Virus record (IMG/VR): IMGVR_UViG_2529292882_000020
Coordinates: 1-41,547 of that record
Reading direction: 5' to 3' (one strand)
DNA from: a virus
Taxonomy: Duplodnaviria; Heunggongvirae; Uroviricota; Caudoviricetes
DNA length: 41,547 bases
Position 1 is the first letter of the stretch. Every line of letters begins with the position of its first letter. Below, in pieces: positions 1-9,280 of this stretch. The translations under genes were made by a program, and so were the position numbers. The notes below the pieces were generated by a model that saw only the letters and a list, made by a program, of their open reading frames with translations, was not told the DNA's origin and ran no database searches.

Positions 1-1254
1 ATGCTGGAACAAATGGGCATTGCCGCGAAGCAAGCCTCGTATAAATTAGCGCAACTCTCCAGCCGCGAAAAAAATCGCGTGCTGGAAAAAATCGCCGATG
101 AACTGGAAGCACAAAGCGAAATCATCCTCAACGCTAACGCCCAGGATGTTGCTGACGCGCGTGCCAATGGCCTTGGCGAAGCGATGCTTGACCGTCTGGC
201 ACTGACGCCCGCACGGCTGAAAGGCATTGCCGATGATGTGCGCCAGGTGTGTAACCTCGCCGATCCGGTGGGGCAGGTAATCGATGGCAGCGTACTGGAC
301 AGCGGCCTGCGTCTTGAGCGTCGTCGCGTACCGCTGGGGGTTATTGGCGTGATTTATGAAGCGCGCCCGAACGTGACGGTTGATGTCGCTTCGCTGTGCC
401 TGAAAACCGGTAATGCGGTGATCCTGCGCGGTGGCAAAGAAACGTGTCGCACTAACGCTGCAACGGTGGCGGTGATTCAGGACGCCCTGAAATCCTGCGG
501 CTTACCGGCGGGTGCCGTGCAGGCGATTGATAATCCTGACCGTGCGCTGGTCAGTGAAATGCTGCGTATGGATAAATACATCGACATGCTGATCCCGCGT
601 GGTGGCGCTGGTTTGCATAAACTGTGCCGTGAACAGTCGACAATCCCGGTGATCACAGGTGGTATAGGCGTATGCCATATTTACGTTGATGAAAGTGTAG
701 AGATCGCTGAAGCATTAAAAGTGATCGTCAACGCGAAAACTCAGCGTCCGAGCACATGTAATACGGTTGAAACGTTGCTGGTGAATAAAAACATCGCCGA
801 TAGCTTCCTGCCCGCATTAAGCAAACAAATGGCGGAAAGCGGCGTGACATTACACGCAGATGCAGCTGCACTGGCGCAGTTGCAGGCAGGCCCTGCGAAG
901 GTGGTTGCTGTTAAAGCCGAAGAGTATGACGATGAGTTTCTGTCATTAGATTTGAACGTCAAAATCGTCAGCGATCTTGACGATGCCATCGCCCATATTC
1001 GTGAACACGGCACACAACACTCCGATGCGATCCTGACCCGCGATATGCGCAACGCCCAGCGTTTTGTTAACGAAGTGGATTCGTCCGCTGTTTACGTTAA
1101 CGCCTCTACGCGTTTTACCGACGGCGGCCAGTTTGGTCTGGGTGCGGAAGTGGCGGTAAGCACACAAAAACTCCACGCGCGTGGCCCAATGGGGCTGGAA
1201 GCACTGACCACTTACAAGTGGATCGGCATTGGTGATTACACCATTCGTGCGTAA
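1..1254 (+). CDS. proA: gamma-glutamyl phosphate reductase (glutamate-5-semialdehyde dehydrogenase)
   Basis: 417-aa ORF from ATG at 1; translation reads as ProA along its whole length; typical core-genome GC and codon use. Confidence 0.95.
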   Translation: MLEQMGIAAKQASYKLAQLSSREKNRVLEKIADELEAQSEIILNANAQDVADARANGLGEAMLDRLALTPARLKGIADDVRQVCNLADPVGQVIDGSVLDSGLRLERRRVPLGVIGVIYEARPNVTVDVASLCLKTGNAVILRGGKETCRTNAATVAVIQDALKSCGLPAGAVQAIDNPDRALVSEMLRMDKYIDMLIPRGGAGLHKLCREQSTIPVITGGIGVCHIYVDESVEIAEALKVIVNAKTQRPSTCNTVETLLVNKNIADSFLPALSKQMAESGVTLHADAAALAQLQAGPAKVVAVKAEEYDDEFLSLDLNVKIVSDLDDAIAHIREHGTQHSDAILTRDMRNAQRFVNEVDSSAVYVNASTRFTDGGQFGLGAEVAVSTQKLHARGPMGLEALTTYKWIGIGDYTIRA

Positions 1255-1368
1255 ATAAAACCGGGTGATGCAAAAGTAGCCATTTGATTCACAAGGCCAT
1301 TGACGCATCGCCCGGTTAGTTTTAACCTTGTCCACCGTGATTCACGTTCGTGAACATGTCCTTTCAGG

Positions 1369-1444
1369 GCCGATATAGCTCAGTTGGTAGAGCAGCGCAT
1401 TCGTAATGCGAAGGTCGTAGGTTCGACTCCTATTATCGGCACCA
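1369..1444 (+). tRNA. thrW: tRNA-Thr (anticodon CGU)
   Basis: 76-nt cloverleaf GCCGATATAGCTCAGTTGGTAGAGCAGCGCATTCGTAATGCGAAGGTCGTAGGTTCGACTCCTATTATCGGCACCA; anticodon CGT at positions 34-36; encoded CCA; directly downstream of proA. Confidence 0.92.
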
Positions 1445-1458
1445 TTTAAATCAATAAG

Positions 1459-2622
1459 TTACACATCATTAGTACCTTCCTTATTTTTTGACTGGGACAA
1501 ATTTGGGACCGATGGGTTCAGGATCGAGTCTATTTGCCGTGCGTGTTCGGTAAGGTGATTAGGTGCGAGGTGAGCATATCGACGAACCATTTCGATAGAC
1601 TCCCAGCCTCCCATTTCCTGTAACACTGACAACGGGACACCGGCTTGAACCAGCCAACTTGCCCAGGTGTGTCTCAAGTCATGAAATCTGAAATCATCAA
1701 TACCAGCTCGTCTCAGCGCCGCTTTCCAGGCTGTGTTTGCGTCATACCGCATCTTCCTTACTGTTGGCGCTTTCGTTCCGTCTGGTTTGGTACAGCTTTC
1801 CTTGTACACAAATACCCAACGGTGATGATTCCCGATTTGTTTTTTCAATACGCGACATGCAGTATCATTCAGCGCAACGCCAATTGCGCGGTTTGATTTA
1901 CTCTCTTCCGGGTTTATCCATGCCACCCGGCGCTGCATATCTATTTGTTGCCATTCAAGGTTGATGATGTTCGAGCGTCTTAAGCCTGTTGCCAGTGCAA
2001 ATTCAACAACAGACTTTAATGGCTCCGGACATTCATCAATCAGCCTTTGTGCTTCATGAGGCTCCAGCCAGCGGATCCGTTTATTCTTTGGTTGAGGCAC
2101 TTTAATAATTGGTGCCTTATCCAGCATTTTCCATTCACGCTCTGCGGCTCTTAGTAGGGCCTTTATAAATGAAAGATGCGTAGCCTTCGTTGCAACGGAC
2201 GCTGGTTTTGGCGTGTATTCTGGAACAGGTTTCCCTTTTTTTCTGCATGCTTCTGCCCTGAGTTTCCAGTTTTCCTCATGACGCCGGTTCGTCATTTTCT
2301 GCATTGCTGAATAAATTTTTGATTCAGTAATGTCTCTTAGTTGCATTCCTGCGAAATGTTGAAGCCAGAATCCGATCCGGCTTTTGTCATCGTCCAGTGA
2401 TTTTTTATGTGCTTTCTCTTCAAGCCACCTGACACACGCTTCCTCGAACGTTATATCAGGTATTTCACCAAGTTTGCTGACCCGCCATGCTTCAGCCTTT
2501 AGCTTGTCATGGAGTTCTGTCGCCTGCCTTTTGTCCTTTGTTCCAAGAGACTGTTTAAATCTTTTACCGTTCGGCAATGTGAAACTGGCGTACCATATTT
2601 CACCTCTGCGGAAGAGTGACAT
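1459..2622 (-). CDS. int: tyrosine site-specific integrase (P22-type, thrW-targeting)
   Basis: 387 aa; C-terminal catalytic region with HDLRHTWAS...MVRRYAH (R-H-R-Y signature); adjacent to tRNA. Confidence 0.9.
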   Translation of the reverse strand: MSLFRRGEIWYASFTLPNGKRFKQSLGTKDKRQATELHDKLKAEAWRVSKLGEIPDITFEEACVRWLEEKAHKKSLDDDKSRIGFWLQHFAGMQLRDITESKIYSAMQKMTNRRHEENWKLRAEACRKKGKPVPEYTPKPASVATKATHLSFIKALLRAAEREWKMLDKAPIIKVPQPKNKRIRWLEPHEAQRLIDECPEPLKSVVEFALATGLRRSNIINLEWQQIDMQRRVAWINPEESKSNRAIGVALNDTACRVLKKQIGNHHRWVFVYKESCTKPDGTKAPTVRKMRYDANTAWKAALRRAGIDDFRFHDLRHTWASWLVQAGVPLSVLQEMGGWESIEMVRRYAHLAPNHLTEHARQIDSILNPSVPNLSQSKNKEGTNDV

Positions 2623-2849
2623 TTTCTTTCCTCTGTTATGCCATCACCCGCGCTCACCTGGACAGTATGCAGCGGAGACTGAAGAGCCGCAATGCAGGCT
2701 TGTCGTGTTGTGAGGTAAGGAGATTTATTCTTAGTGGGATCTTTGCGTGTTGCCTGAAGACGCCCTGTGCGTATCCAGTTAATGGCAGTCGGTCTGGATA
2801 TCTTGAGAAAATGACAGGCCTCATCGAGTGTGAGGCTGTATGGCTCCAT
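2499..2849 (-). CDS. xis: excisionase (P22 Xis-like, HTH)
   Basis: 116 aa from internal ATG at 2849 ([31 protein letters not shown]); immediately upstream of int and overlapping it; stop/start TAATG coupling with upstream gene. Confidence 0.75.
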   Translation of the reverse strand: MEPYSLTLDEACHFLKISRPTAINWIRTGRLQATRKDPTKNKSPYLTTRQACIAALQSPLHTVQVSAGDGITEERKCHSSAEVKYGTPVSHCRTVKDLNSLLEQRTKGRRQNSMTS

Positions 2850-3154
2850 TATTTCACCTCTTGCTGTGACATTGTTGAAAAATGGATACCAGCTCGTTGC
2901 TGCCAGACGATCCAACCGAGAGTCATATCCCATGCCATGTATTCGTTATCGCCGTTTTTTGCTCTCCGACGATCTACTAAGTCACCGAAACGCTTTTCCA
3001 TGAATAATTCATAAGCTTCGCGTTCATCTGGTTCTACTTCCAGAGATAGGAGTGCGATTTCATAAGCACGGCGCTCAATATCGTCTCGCACGTCAAGGCT
3101 GCTGATACGCTCTTTAATTTCTTTAATCAGTTCTTTGTCGGTAAAAGTGGTCAT
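2849..3154 (-). CDS. hypothetical phage protein (101 aa; YfdT-like by size and position)
   Basis: ORF in operon with neighbours, overlapping stop/start; family assignment from recalled CPS-53 gene order only. Confidence 0.5.
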   Translation of the reverse strand: MTTFTDKELIKEIKERISSLDVRDDIERRAYEIALLSLEVEPDEREAYELFMEKRFGDLVDRRRAKNGDNEYMAWDMTLGWIVWQQRAGIHFSTMSQQEVK

Positions 3155-3516
3155 TATGCTCCAGCCTCCGGTGCTTTTGGCATTACTGCCCAGTGAGTGA
3201 TATTGACGTTTTCAAGGTCCCCGACCTGAAATGTCCACTGCCATTCTCCGGTTTCTTTTTGTCCCCAGGTGTACCAGAGAGAACGCCAGCCAATTAGCCA
3301 GCCTTCTCCGTTAGCATCGAATAACAAAACACTTTCATTTGCTGGTGGCAGTTCAGTTGACACTGGTATTACTTTGTTTTCCTGTGCTGCACATTTAGCT
3401 TCAAGCGCATCGAATTTACGCACCAGGTATTCAGCATCTGTTTCATTTACTTTCAGATCTCGCGGTACACATCTCCCACGAAGAAACCCTTCCATTTCGA
3501 AAACATTCATGCGCAT
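3154..3516 (-). CDS. hypothetical phage protein (120 aa; DUF551/YfdS-like)
   Basis: Trp-rich C-terminus (WLIGWRSLWYTWGQKETGEWQW); operon context. Confidence 0.5.
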   Translation of the reverse strand: MRMNVFEMEGFLRGRCVPRDLKVNETDAEYLVRKFDALEAKCAAQENKVIPVSTELPPANESVLLFDANGEGWLIGWRSLWYTWGQKETGEWQWTFQVGDLENVNITHWAVMPKAPEAGA

Positions 3517-4043
3517 TTGCGTAACTCCGATAACTCGTTAAAGCGTTCCATAAACATCCCGTAGGCATGGCCCGGTGCCAGTGGAATCACGTTGAACATC
3601 TCTGTTGCCGGGATACCTTCCAGTACAGGCCAGAAAGAGCCATCATCAAGCCCGAGATCGCGGCGTTCGGTTGCCAGCATGATGAGATCGGCATATTTCA
3701 CGGGCGTACTCATAACTGGGGGTAACCCGTATTTCTCACGGATTACGGCGTCTATTTTTTCTTCCATTTGTTTATAGTCAGGAAGAAGGCGTTTCAGTGG
3801 TGCGGGAATGTCCTGACAATACGCTTCTGTTGCATCATGCATTAACGCTTCGAAAGCAAACTCCTGCGGTACCAGCTGGCTGCAAAGCACCGCATGTTGG
3901 GCGACGCTGTAGAAGTGTGAAAGATGCCCTGCAAAGCGACAGATATTTGAGAGGGAAACTGCGATATCGTTAATCACGATGTCGTCTTTATTTATCCTGT
4001 CATAATAAAAATGCTTCCCGGAAAAAGTTTTAATAAATGACAT
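3507..4043 (-). CDS. HD-domain phosphohydrolase (YfdR-like 5'-deoxynucleotidase)
   Basis: 178 aa from ATG at 4043 with GGAG 6 nt upstream; H..HD motif (ALMHDATEAY); the longer track ORF to 4070 lacks an RBS. Confidence 0.7.
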   Translation of the reverse strand: MSFIKTFSGKHFYYDRINKDDIVINDIAVSLSNICRFAGHLSHFYSVAQHAVLCSQLVPQEFAFEALMHDATEAYCQDIPAPLKRLLPDYKQMEEKIDAVIREKYGLPPVMSTPVKYADLIMLATERRDLGLDDGSFWPVLEGIPATEMFNVIPLAPGHAYGMFMERFNELSELRKCA

Positions 4044-4136
4044 TTTGTTCTCCACGTATATGCGCTGCACCGCGCTGAATTCTGGTAAAAGGAAGCCCTC
4101 ACCATCCGGTGATTATTGAGTTAATTACGTTTCCAT

Positions 4137-4158
4137 AAATGCCCCCGCAGGGGCATTT
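4137..4158. other. perfect 9-bp stem / 4-nt loop hairpin (AAATGCCCC cgca GGGGCATTT) between early-left genes
   Basis: seen directly; no flanking T-run on either strand. Confidence 0.4.
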
Positions 4159-4170
4159 GCAGTAATGAAA

Positions 4171-4995
4171 TCAGGCGGTGAAAGTACCAATAAAGGTTTC
4201 GACTTTGCTGTCTTTGAATTTCTCAACAAGCAGATCACGAAATTCGTTAGCCATTTCTTCCTGCACTGCTTCCAGCTGAATAATGCGCAGAACCAGTACA
4301 GGGCGATCACCAGTGATAATGCTGAGTCGTAATTTAAATGGACGTTCTTTCAGGCCTTCAAACGGAACGCATTTAAATTCAAATGCCACTGGCATAATGT
4401 CTTTGGTCTTCGCTTCGACAGACTCCATCAGGGAGCGTTTGCCGCTGAAGTCATTGTCTTCAAAATCAGCAGTCTGGTTCGCTTCAATTGTGATTTTACG
4501 GACTGCCGCAGCCGCTTTTGTTGCCTGAATGGCGTCACCATTAGCATCAAAGCCCACAAGGTAGTCGGCCCAGTCTTCAATCCATTCTGCCAGTGACTTC
4601 TGGGAGTTACGCTCGCCGTTAACAGACAACAGAGCAGAGAACGGTGCTGTCTTTTTCAGTTTGAGAGTGGCGGTGTTATCTGCGTGACCTGGTTCATCAA
4701 TAGTACCCAGGTTAAGCACACTGACGGCACGCATATTATCAGCATCGATAAAGCAGCGGGTGCCTTCATCTGCAAGATCTTTAGAATAACGGGTAAAGTC
4801 ATCGATGCTGGCAGTGGAAAGCGCACCACGGAAACGGAAGCGATTTAAATTAAATTTTTCCAGATCATGAATGCGGAAATTCTCAGGCAATGCCACAGCA
4901 TCGGCACCAATCTTACTGATAATTTCATTAACACCCTGAGCAGAAATAAGGGCATGGATTTGATTAATTGCGGTTGCGTCTAAGTTCTGAGACAT
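4171..4995 (-). CDS. hypothetical phage protein (274 aa; YfdQ/DUF2303-like)
   Basis: long ORF with consistent codon use; size and position match yfdQ of CPS-53 as recalled. Confidence 0.6.
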   Translation of the reverse strand: MSQNLDATAINQIHALISAQGVNEIISKIGADAVALPENFRIHDLEKFNLNRFRFRGALSTASIDDFTRYSKDLADEGTRCFIDADNMRAVSVLNLGTIDEPGHADNTATLKLKKTAPFSALLSVNGERNSQKSLAEWIEDWADYLVGFDANGDAIQATKAAAAVRKITIEANQTADFEDNDFSGKRSLMESVEAKTKDIMPVAFEFKCVPFEGLKERPFKLRLSIITGDRPVLVLRIIQLEAVQEEMANEFRDLLVEKFKDSKVETFIGTFTA

Positions 4996-5060
4996 AATAA
5001 GTCCTCACTATATAAAGATATTCAGTGATGAGATAAATAATCAGTTAATTAAAAACGATA

Positions 5061-5423
5061 TTAACGACCTGCTGCGCGGAGTTTTCCGTCAGGTTCACCG
5101 GCAAGAGTCAGTAACTGTCCCTGGTCTTCCTGCAGAATAGTCAGGCGACCACCGCGATTGACATACATCGGCGTTTCGGTGGTGTCTTCTTCGGAAATTT
5201 TCCCGCGGTTAGTCGGGCGAACATATGAGAGTTTGTGTTTGATTTTCACACGGTTCTCATCAAATGGTTCGATTTCCAGGTTGAGTGAGACCTTACCTTT
5301 GGTTTTCGTGTTCATCACACCGGAAGCGACTTAACTGAGAACTGCGCCGATTTTGGTTTCAAATACGCCGCCGTCCAGCTCCCCGATAAATGCCTGCACA
5401 TCAGTACTGCGTTCGCTAGCCAT
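5061..5423 (-). pseudogene. yfdP-like early gene interrupted by in-frame TAA (codon 31)
   Basis: ATG at 5423 with GAGGAG RBS; 30 codons then TAA (5331-5333); same frame continues into the 85-aa ORF 5061..5318; read-through length would be 120 aa. Confidence 0.5.
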
Positions 5424-5471
5424 TTTGCTGCTCCTCATCATATCGACCCTGCAAGGCCGATTAGTTTCTCC

Positions 5472-5560
5472 ACAAAACAGAGAAGAACACCTGCGGTGGC
5501 AGCCGCCCGGATGGATTGGGTTATGAGCCCGTCGTCCGGTGATGCTCTTCTCTGTTTTGT
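5472..5560. repeat. perfect 15-bp inverted repeat (ACAAAACAGAGAAGA / TCTTCTCTGTTTTGT) closing a 59-nt GC-rich loop
   Basis: seen directly at 5472-5486 and 5546-5560; lies in a 5424-5860 stretch with no credible ORF. Confidence 0.6.
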
Positions 5561-5861
5561 AAAAAGGACGGTACCAGCCGGAAGCAAGGGTACAAACTGG
5601 TACCGCCAGGACTACATACAGCATAAAGTTGTGGTGCCGGGTGCCTCCCGGTGCCTGGCGAAGGTTGCACACCAGACGGGTGGGTATCCACAGAAGGTCG
5701 ACTGTCAGCCTCAACCTTAACCCGCGTGCGCTGAGCCGCATTCACCACAACGCTAAGGATTCTCTTTGGTTGAAAATACTTAGCTGTTATGTGCCTGTCT
5801 TTTCACCACTTCAGGCTCGGTGGTATCTTGGTGTTTTCATATAGCCAAGAAGGAAATAGTT

Positions 5862-6053
5862 ATGACCAAAGAAGAAAAAATTCTTTATTTATTCCAACTA
5901 TCGGTTAAGACTCACACTGCATATCAGACTGCTGCCATGACATCAGATAAAAATTACAGTACGTCAGAAAACCCGATAGACGACATAAGCAAGCTTTACG
6001 ATAAGTTCGAAGCACTACTCGATAAAAAGTTTGCTGAGGCTGGGCTTGAGTGA
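5862..6053 (+). CDS. small hypothetical protein (63 aa)
   Basis: ATG at 5862 preceded by AAGGAAA; AT-rich; 3' end overlaps the convergent ORF 6015..6221. Confidence 0.3.
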   Translation: MTKEEKILYLFQLSVKTHTAYQTAAMTSDKNYSTSENPIDDISKLYDKFEALLDKKFAEAGLE

Positions 6054-6221
6054 TTGTTGAATAATCGACAAAACCCAACTTAAATTTTCGTCAGTGGGCT
6101 CGATGCCATGTGCGGTGAGCTCACTTTTCAAAACTCCAAGTAATTCAGAGCTGATTTTCAATATATCTGCTTGATTTCTAACTATTCCCACTTTTTCCTC
6201 CCTTGGTCTACGCGCGGTCAT
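6015..6221 (-). CDS. small hypothetical protein (68 aa, or 58 aa from GTG at 6191); first ORF downstream of putative pL
   Basis: N-terminus MTARRPREEK is Arg-rich; internal AGGGAGG + GTG alternative start; occupies the position N holds in lambda. Confidence 0.3.
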   Translation of the reverse strand: MTARRPREEKVGIVRNQADILKISSELLGVLKSELTAHGIEPTDENLSWVLSIIQQSLKPSLSKLFIE

Positions 6222-6399
6222 GTTTTACGCCCAAACGACTTCACAGTTATTGTTTAAAATCTGGACTTTCATTTCATACACCTGCTTTAACATGAGTGCC
6301 TGGTGGCACAACATGACTCAACGAATCATCCTAGACTTCATATGCCCCAGGCGGCTACTTCGTGGGCGTCCTGCCTGTTCGTTATCTTTGATATAAAAT

Positions 6400-6413
6400 C
6401 TAACTTAACTTAG
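6400..6413. promoter_or_regulatory. putative OL operator half-site pair (CTAACTTAACTTAG) within a leftward TTGCCA-17-TAGATT promoter
   Basis: same CTAAG-N4-CTTAG-type palindrome as the two sites between cI and cro. Confidence 0.4.
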
Positions 6414-6478
6414 TTATTATGGCAAGAGAAAACACCAAACTTTTCTTAGTTCGGTGCCTTAGTTAGAGAAGAGAGGTC

Positions 6479-7105
6479 TTAGAGTTCGTATTGAACTCCT
6501 TTGACTACACCAATGATAAGGCAATTACCATTGATAGGGATGTTGGGATACCGAGGATTTAATGGCACTAAAAACTTTTGAGGGCCATCGATGACTAATT
6601 TTTTTACTGTAGCTTCGTTTGTTCCATCAAGTCGAGCGATGACTATTTTTCCATGACGAGGTTCTGCATCTGGATCTACAATCACTGTTGCGCCTTCTGG
6701 TATTGTTGGGAGGCCATTAGGGTTAGTCATGGAGTCACCTTTAACCTCTAATGCAAATGAGTTATCACCAATCTTTAGTGATGTATCTACCCACTTGTCC
6801 ACTTCACTAAACACTTCTGCTGCCCTGCACTCAGTAAACTGCCCAGCCTGAACCCACGATATTACAGGAACTCTGCGCATGTTTGTGACGAGTTTGCCTT
6901 CAAACTCAGCACCATAAAGAATGTAATCTATTGACGTATTGAAGAACTTCGCTAATTTCGAAAGTGCCTCCCCACCAGGGGTATTGATGTCTTTCTCCCA
7001 GTACCCCACAGCAACGTCGCTTACTCCACAAAATTTACCCAATTCTTTCTGGGACGTTCCGGTAACTCTTCTCAGAGCTTTTATACGCTGACCAACCGTT
7101 TCCAT
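6479..7105 (-). CDS. cI: CI-type repressor (XRE HTH + S24 LexA-like autopeptidase domain)
   Basis: 208 aa; N-terminal HTH (TSQKELGKFCGVSDVAVGYWE), C-terminal GDSM...KK Ser-Lys dyad region; divergent from cro. Confidence 0.85.
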   Translation of the reverse strand: METVGQRIKALRRVTGTSQKELGKFCGVSDVAVGYWEKDINTPGGEALSKLAKFFNTSIDYILYGAEFEGKLVTNMRRVPVISWVQAGQFTECRAAEVFSEVDKWVDTSLKIGDNSFALEVKGDSMTNPNGLPTIPEGATVIVDPDAEPRHGKIVIARLDGTNEATVKKLVIDGPQKFLVPLNPRYPNIPINGNCLIIGVVKGVQYEL

Positions 7106-7127
7106 AGGAGCACCATTTCTTGAATTG

Positions 7128-7190
7128 CTAAGTAATCTTAGTTTTTATTGACCAAAGATAGATTTGTAATTAGCATCTAATAAAACTTAG
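7128..7190. promoter_or_regulatory. OR/pR region: operators CTAAGTAATCTTAG (7128-7141) and CTAATAAAACTTAG (7177-7190) flanking TTGACC-17-TAGCAT (7148-7176)
   Basis: two 14-bp palindromes with a sigma70-like promoter between cI start (7105) and cro start (7203). Confidence 0.5.
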
Positions 7191-7202
7191 TTTGGAGGGC
7201 GT

Positions 7203-7403
7203 ATGACAACTGACGATATCGAAAGCTACTTCGGCAGTATTGAGAAAGTTGCTGCTTTTTTCGGCATAACAACTGAAGCCGTTTATCAGTGGCGAAACCG
7301 TCCGGGCCAGTTAATTCCAAAAGGACGTGCAGCAGAAGCTGCATATAGAACTTGCGGACGGTTGCCATTTAAACCTGAGCTTTATGAAAAATCTAATGGA
7401 TAA
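7203..7403 (+). CDS. cro: Cro-like HTH repressor
   Basis: 66 aa; HTH (IEKVAAFFGITTEAVYQWRNR); GGAGG RBS; divergent from cI. Confidence 0.7.
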   Translation: MTTDDIESYFGSIEKVAAFFGITTEAVYQWRNRPGQLIPKGRAAEAAYRTCGRLPFKPELYEKSNG

Positions 7404-7992
7404 ATCGATTAACAGAAACCACAGAACGATGAGGCTAACCGTGGGTAAGCATCACTGGAAAGTAGAAAAACAGCCTGAGTGGTACGTGAAAGCTGTCAGA
7501 AAAACTATCGCAAAGTTGCCGGGTGGTTACGCTGAAGCAGCTGACTGGCTGGATGTAACAGAGAACGCATTATTTAACCGCCTTCGTGCCGATGGCGATC
7601 AGATTTTCCCGCTGGGATGGGCAATGATTTTGCAACGTGCTGGTGGAACTCACTTCATTGCTGACGCTGTGGCGCAGTCTGCAAATGGCGTCTTTGTGTC
7701 TCTTCCTGACGTCGAGGATGTGGACAACGCCGATATTAACCAGCGCCTGCTGGAAGTCATTGAACAGATCGGCAGTTATTCAAAACAGATTCGTTCAGCA
7801 ATTGAAGACGGTGTAGTGGAACCGCATGAGAAGACAGCAATTAACGACGAGCTGTACCTCTCAATTTCGAAGCTGCAGGAGCATGCAGCACTGGTCTACA
7901 AAATTTTTTGCATTTCGGAAAGTAATGACGCCCGCGAGTGTGCAGCTCCGGGCGCCGTGGCGTGTCGTGACTGTGGAGAAACTAACGCATGA
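7384..7992 (+). CDS. putative early regulatory protein (CII-like position)
   Basis: ATG at 7384 overlapping cro stop; about 202 aa; family uncertain. Confidence 0.4.
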   Translation: MKNLMDKSINRNHRTMRLTVGKHHWKVEKQPEWYVKAVRKTIAKLPGGYAEAADWLDVTENALFNRLRADGDQIFPLGWAMILQRAGGTHFIADAVAQSANGVFVSLPDVEDVDNADINQRLLEVIEQIGSYSKQIRSAIEDGVVEPHEKTAINDELYLSISKLQEHAALVYKIFCISESNDARECAAPGAVACRDCGETNA

Positions 7993-8327
7993 ACAGTTTA
8001 ACAACACACTACCGTCGCTCGCAACTGATTGCGCTTCCTGTACCGGGTGGAAAAGCGAAGGTGGAGTATTGCTATGCAGTAAATGTACCAGGTGACAGGG
8101 AAATTGTAACCCACAGCTTTGCAGAGTGGGCTGTGGGTGATTTCAACCGGCAGAAGGAGACAGTCCTTTGCGACAAGTTAACAGCTGGTTCAAAGATCAC
8201 TACGGAGTGCCCGTCAGAGTCATTCGTTGGGAGCCGGAAACACAACGGGTTATCTACCTCCGCGAAGGCTATGAGCATGAGTGTTTCAGCCCGCTCGAAC
8301 AGTTTCGTCGTAAATTCAGGGAAATAG
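7989..8327 (+). CDS. hypothetical early protein; 3' part possibly frameshifted or overlapped by another ORF
   Basis: first ~57 codons look protein-like, rest is Ser-rich low complexity; alternative frame 8168..8347 has AAGGAGA + TTG and cleaner protein-like sequence. Confidence 0.35.
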   Translation: MNSLTTHYRRSQLIALPVPGGKAKVEYCYAVNVPGDREIVTHSFAEWAVGDFNRQKETVLCDKLTAGSKITTECPSESFVGSRKHNGLSTSAKAMSMSVSARSNSFVVNSGK

Positions 8328-8336
8328 AGGTCGGTC

Positions 8337-9278
8337 ATGAGCACTAAATTAACCGGCTATGTATGGGATGGTTGCGCTGCATCAGGCATGAAATTATCCA
8401 GCGTGGCAATTATGGCCCGCCTGGCTGATTTCAGTAATGACGAAGGTGTGTGCTGGCCATCAATTGAAACCATTGCCCGCCAGATTGGCGCGGGGATGAG
8501 TACCGTCAGAACGGCTATCGCACGGCTGGAAGCAGAAGGCTGGTTAACGCGTAAGGCGCGTCGCCAGGGTAACCGCAATGCGTCGAATGTTTATCAGCTT
8601 AACGTTGCGAAGCTTCAGGCAGCGGCATTTTCTCAACTGTCAGATTCTGACCCGTCAAAATCTGACGCATCAAAATCTGACCCGTCAAAATTTGATGCGT
8701 CGAAATCTGGCAAAAAAGCGGGTTTTCACCCGTCAGAATCTGGCGGGGATCCGTCAGTAAAATCAAAACATGATCCGTCAGATAAAAAAACTTCTCGTCC
8801 GGACGCTTCGCAACCGGACACGCAGACGGATGAACAGGATTTTTTAACTCGCCATCCTGATGCGGTTGTATTCAGCCCTAAAAAGCGCCAGTGGGGGACG
8901 CAGGATGATTTGACCTGCGCACAGTGGCTCTGGAAAAAAATCATCGCCCTGTACGAGCAGGCTGCCGAATGTGACGGCGAGGTGGTTCGTCCCAAAGAAC
9001 CGAACTGGACAGCCTGGGCAAACGAAATTCGCCTGATGTGTGTGCAGGATGGTCGTACTCACAAACAAATCTGCGAGATGTACAGCCGCGTCAGCCGCGA
9101 TCCGTTCTGGTGCCGTAACGTGCTCAGCCCGTCGAAGCTGCGGGAAAAATGGGATGAGCTTTCCCTGCGCTTATCGCCGTCCGTCAGCACGTACACCGAA
9201 AAACGCGAAGACCCGTACTTCAAATCCAGTTACGACAACGTGGACTACAGCCAGATCCCGGCAGGATTCAGGGGGTGA
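8337..9278 (+). CDS. phage replication initiation protein (lambda O-like, N-terminal winged helix)
   Basis: 313 aa; iteron array embedded in the coding sequence as in lambda O. Confidence 0.6.
   Translation: MSTKLTGYVWDGCAASGMKLSSVAIMARLADFSNDEGVCWPSIETIARQIGAGMSTVRTAIARLEAEGWLTRKARRQGNRNASNVYQLNVAKLQAAAFSQLSDSDPSKSDASKSDPSKFDASKSGKKAGFHPSESGGDPSVKSKHDPSDKKTSRPDASQPDTQTDEQDFLTRHPDAVVFSPKKRQWGTQDDLTCAQWLWKKIIALYEQAAECDGEVVRPKEPNWTAWANEIRLMCVQDGRTHKQICEMYSRVSRDPFWCRNVLSPSKLREKWDELSLRLSPSVSTYTEKREDPYFKSSYDNVDYSQIPAGFRG
8641..8800. repeat. replication origin iterons (CCGTCA[A/G]AATCTG-type direct repeats, at least 5 copies) followed by an A-rich tract
   Basis: copies at about 8651, 8681, 8729, 8752, 8777; protein shows the matching SDSDPSKSDASKSDPSKFDASKS repeats. 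Confidence 0.55.
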
Positions 9279-9280
9279 TC

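Noticed and set aside
3507-4070. Longer 187-aa version of the HD-domain gene starting at 4070
   Set aside because: No RBS at 4070, whereas ATG 4043 has GGAG at ideal spacing and gives the expected 178-aa product.
5331-5741. 136-aa minus-strand ORF in the supplied track
   Set aside because: Only its last 30 codons (from ATG 5423 with GAGGAG RBS) look coding; the upstream 100 codons run through the GC-rich hairpin region and read as Arg/Leu/Cys-rich noise. Re-interpreted as the 5' part of the interrupted yfdP-like gene.
5424-5860. Retron msr/msd hypothesis for the inverted-repeat-bounded structured region
   Set aside because: No reverse transcriptase ORF anywhere nearby; the inverted repeat alone is insufficient.
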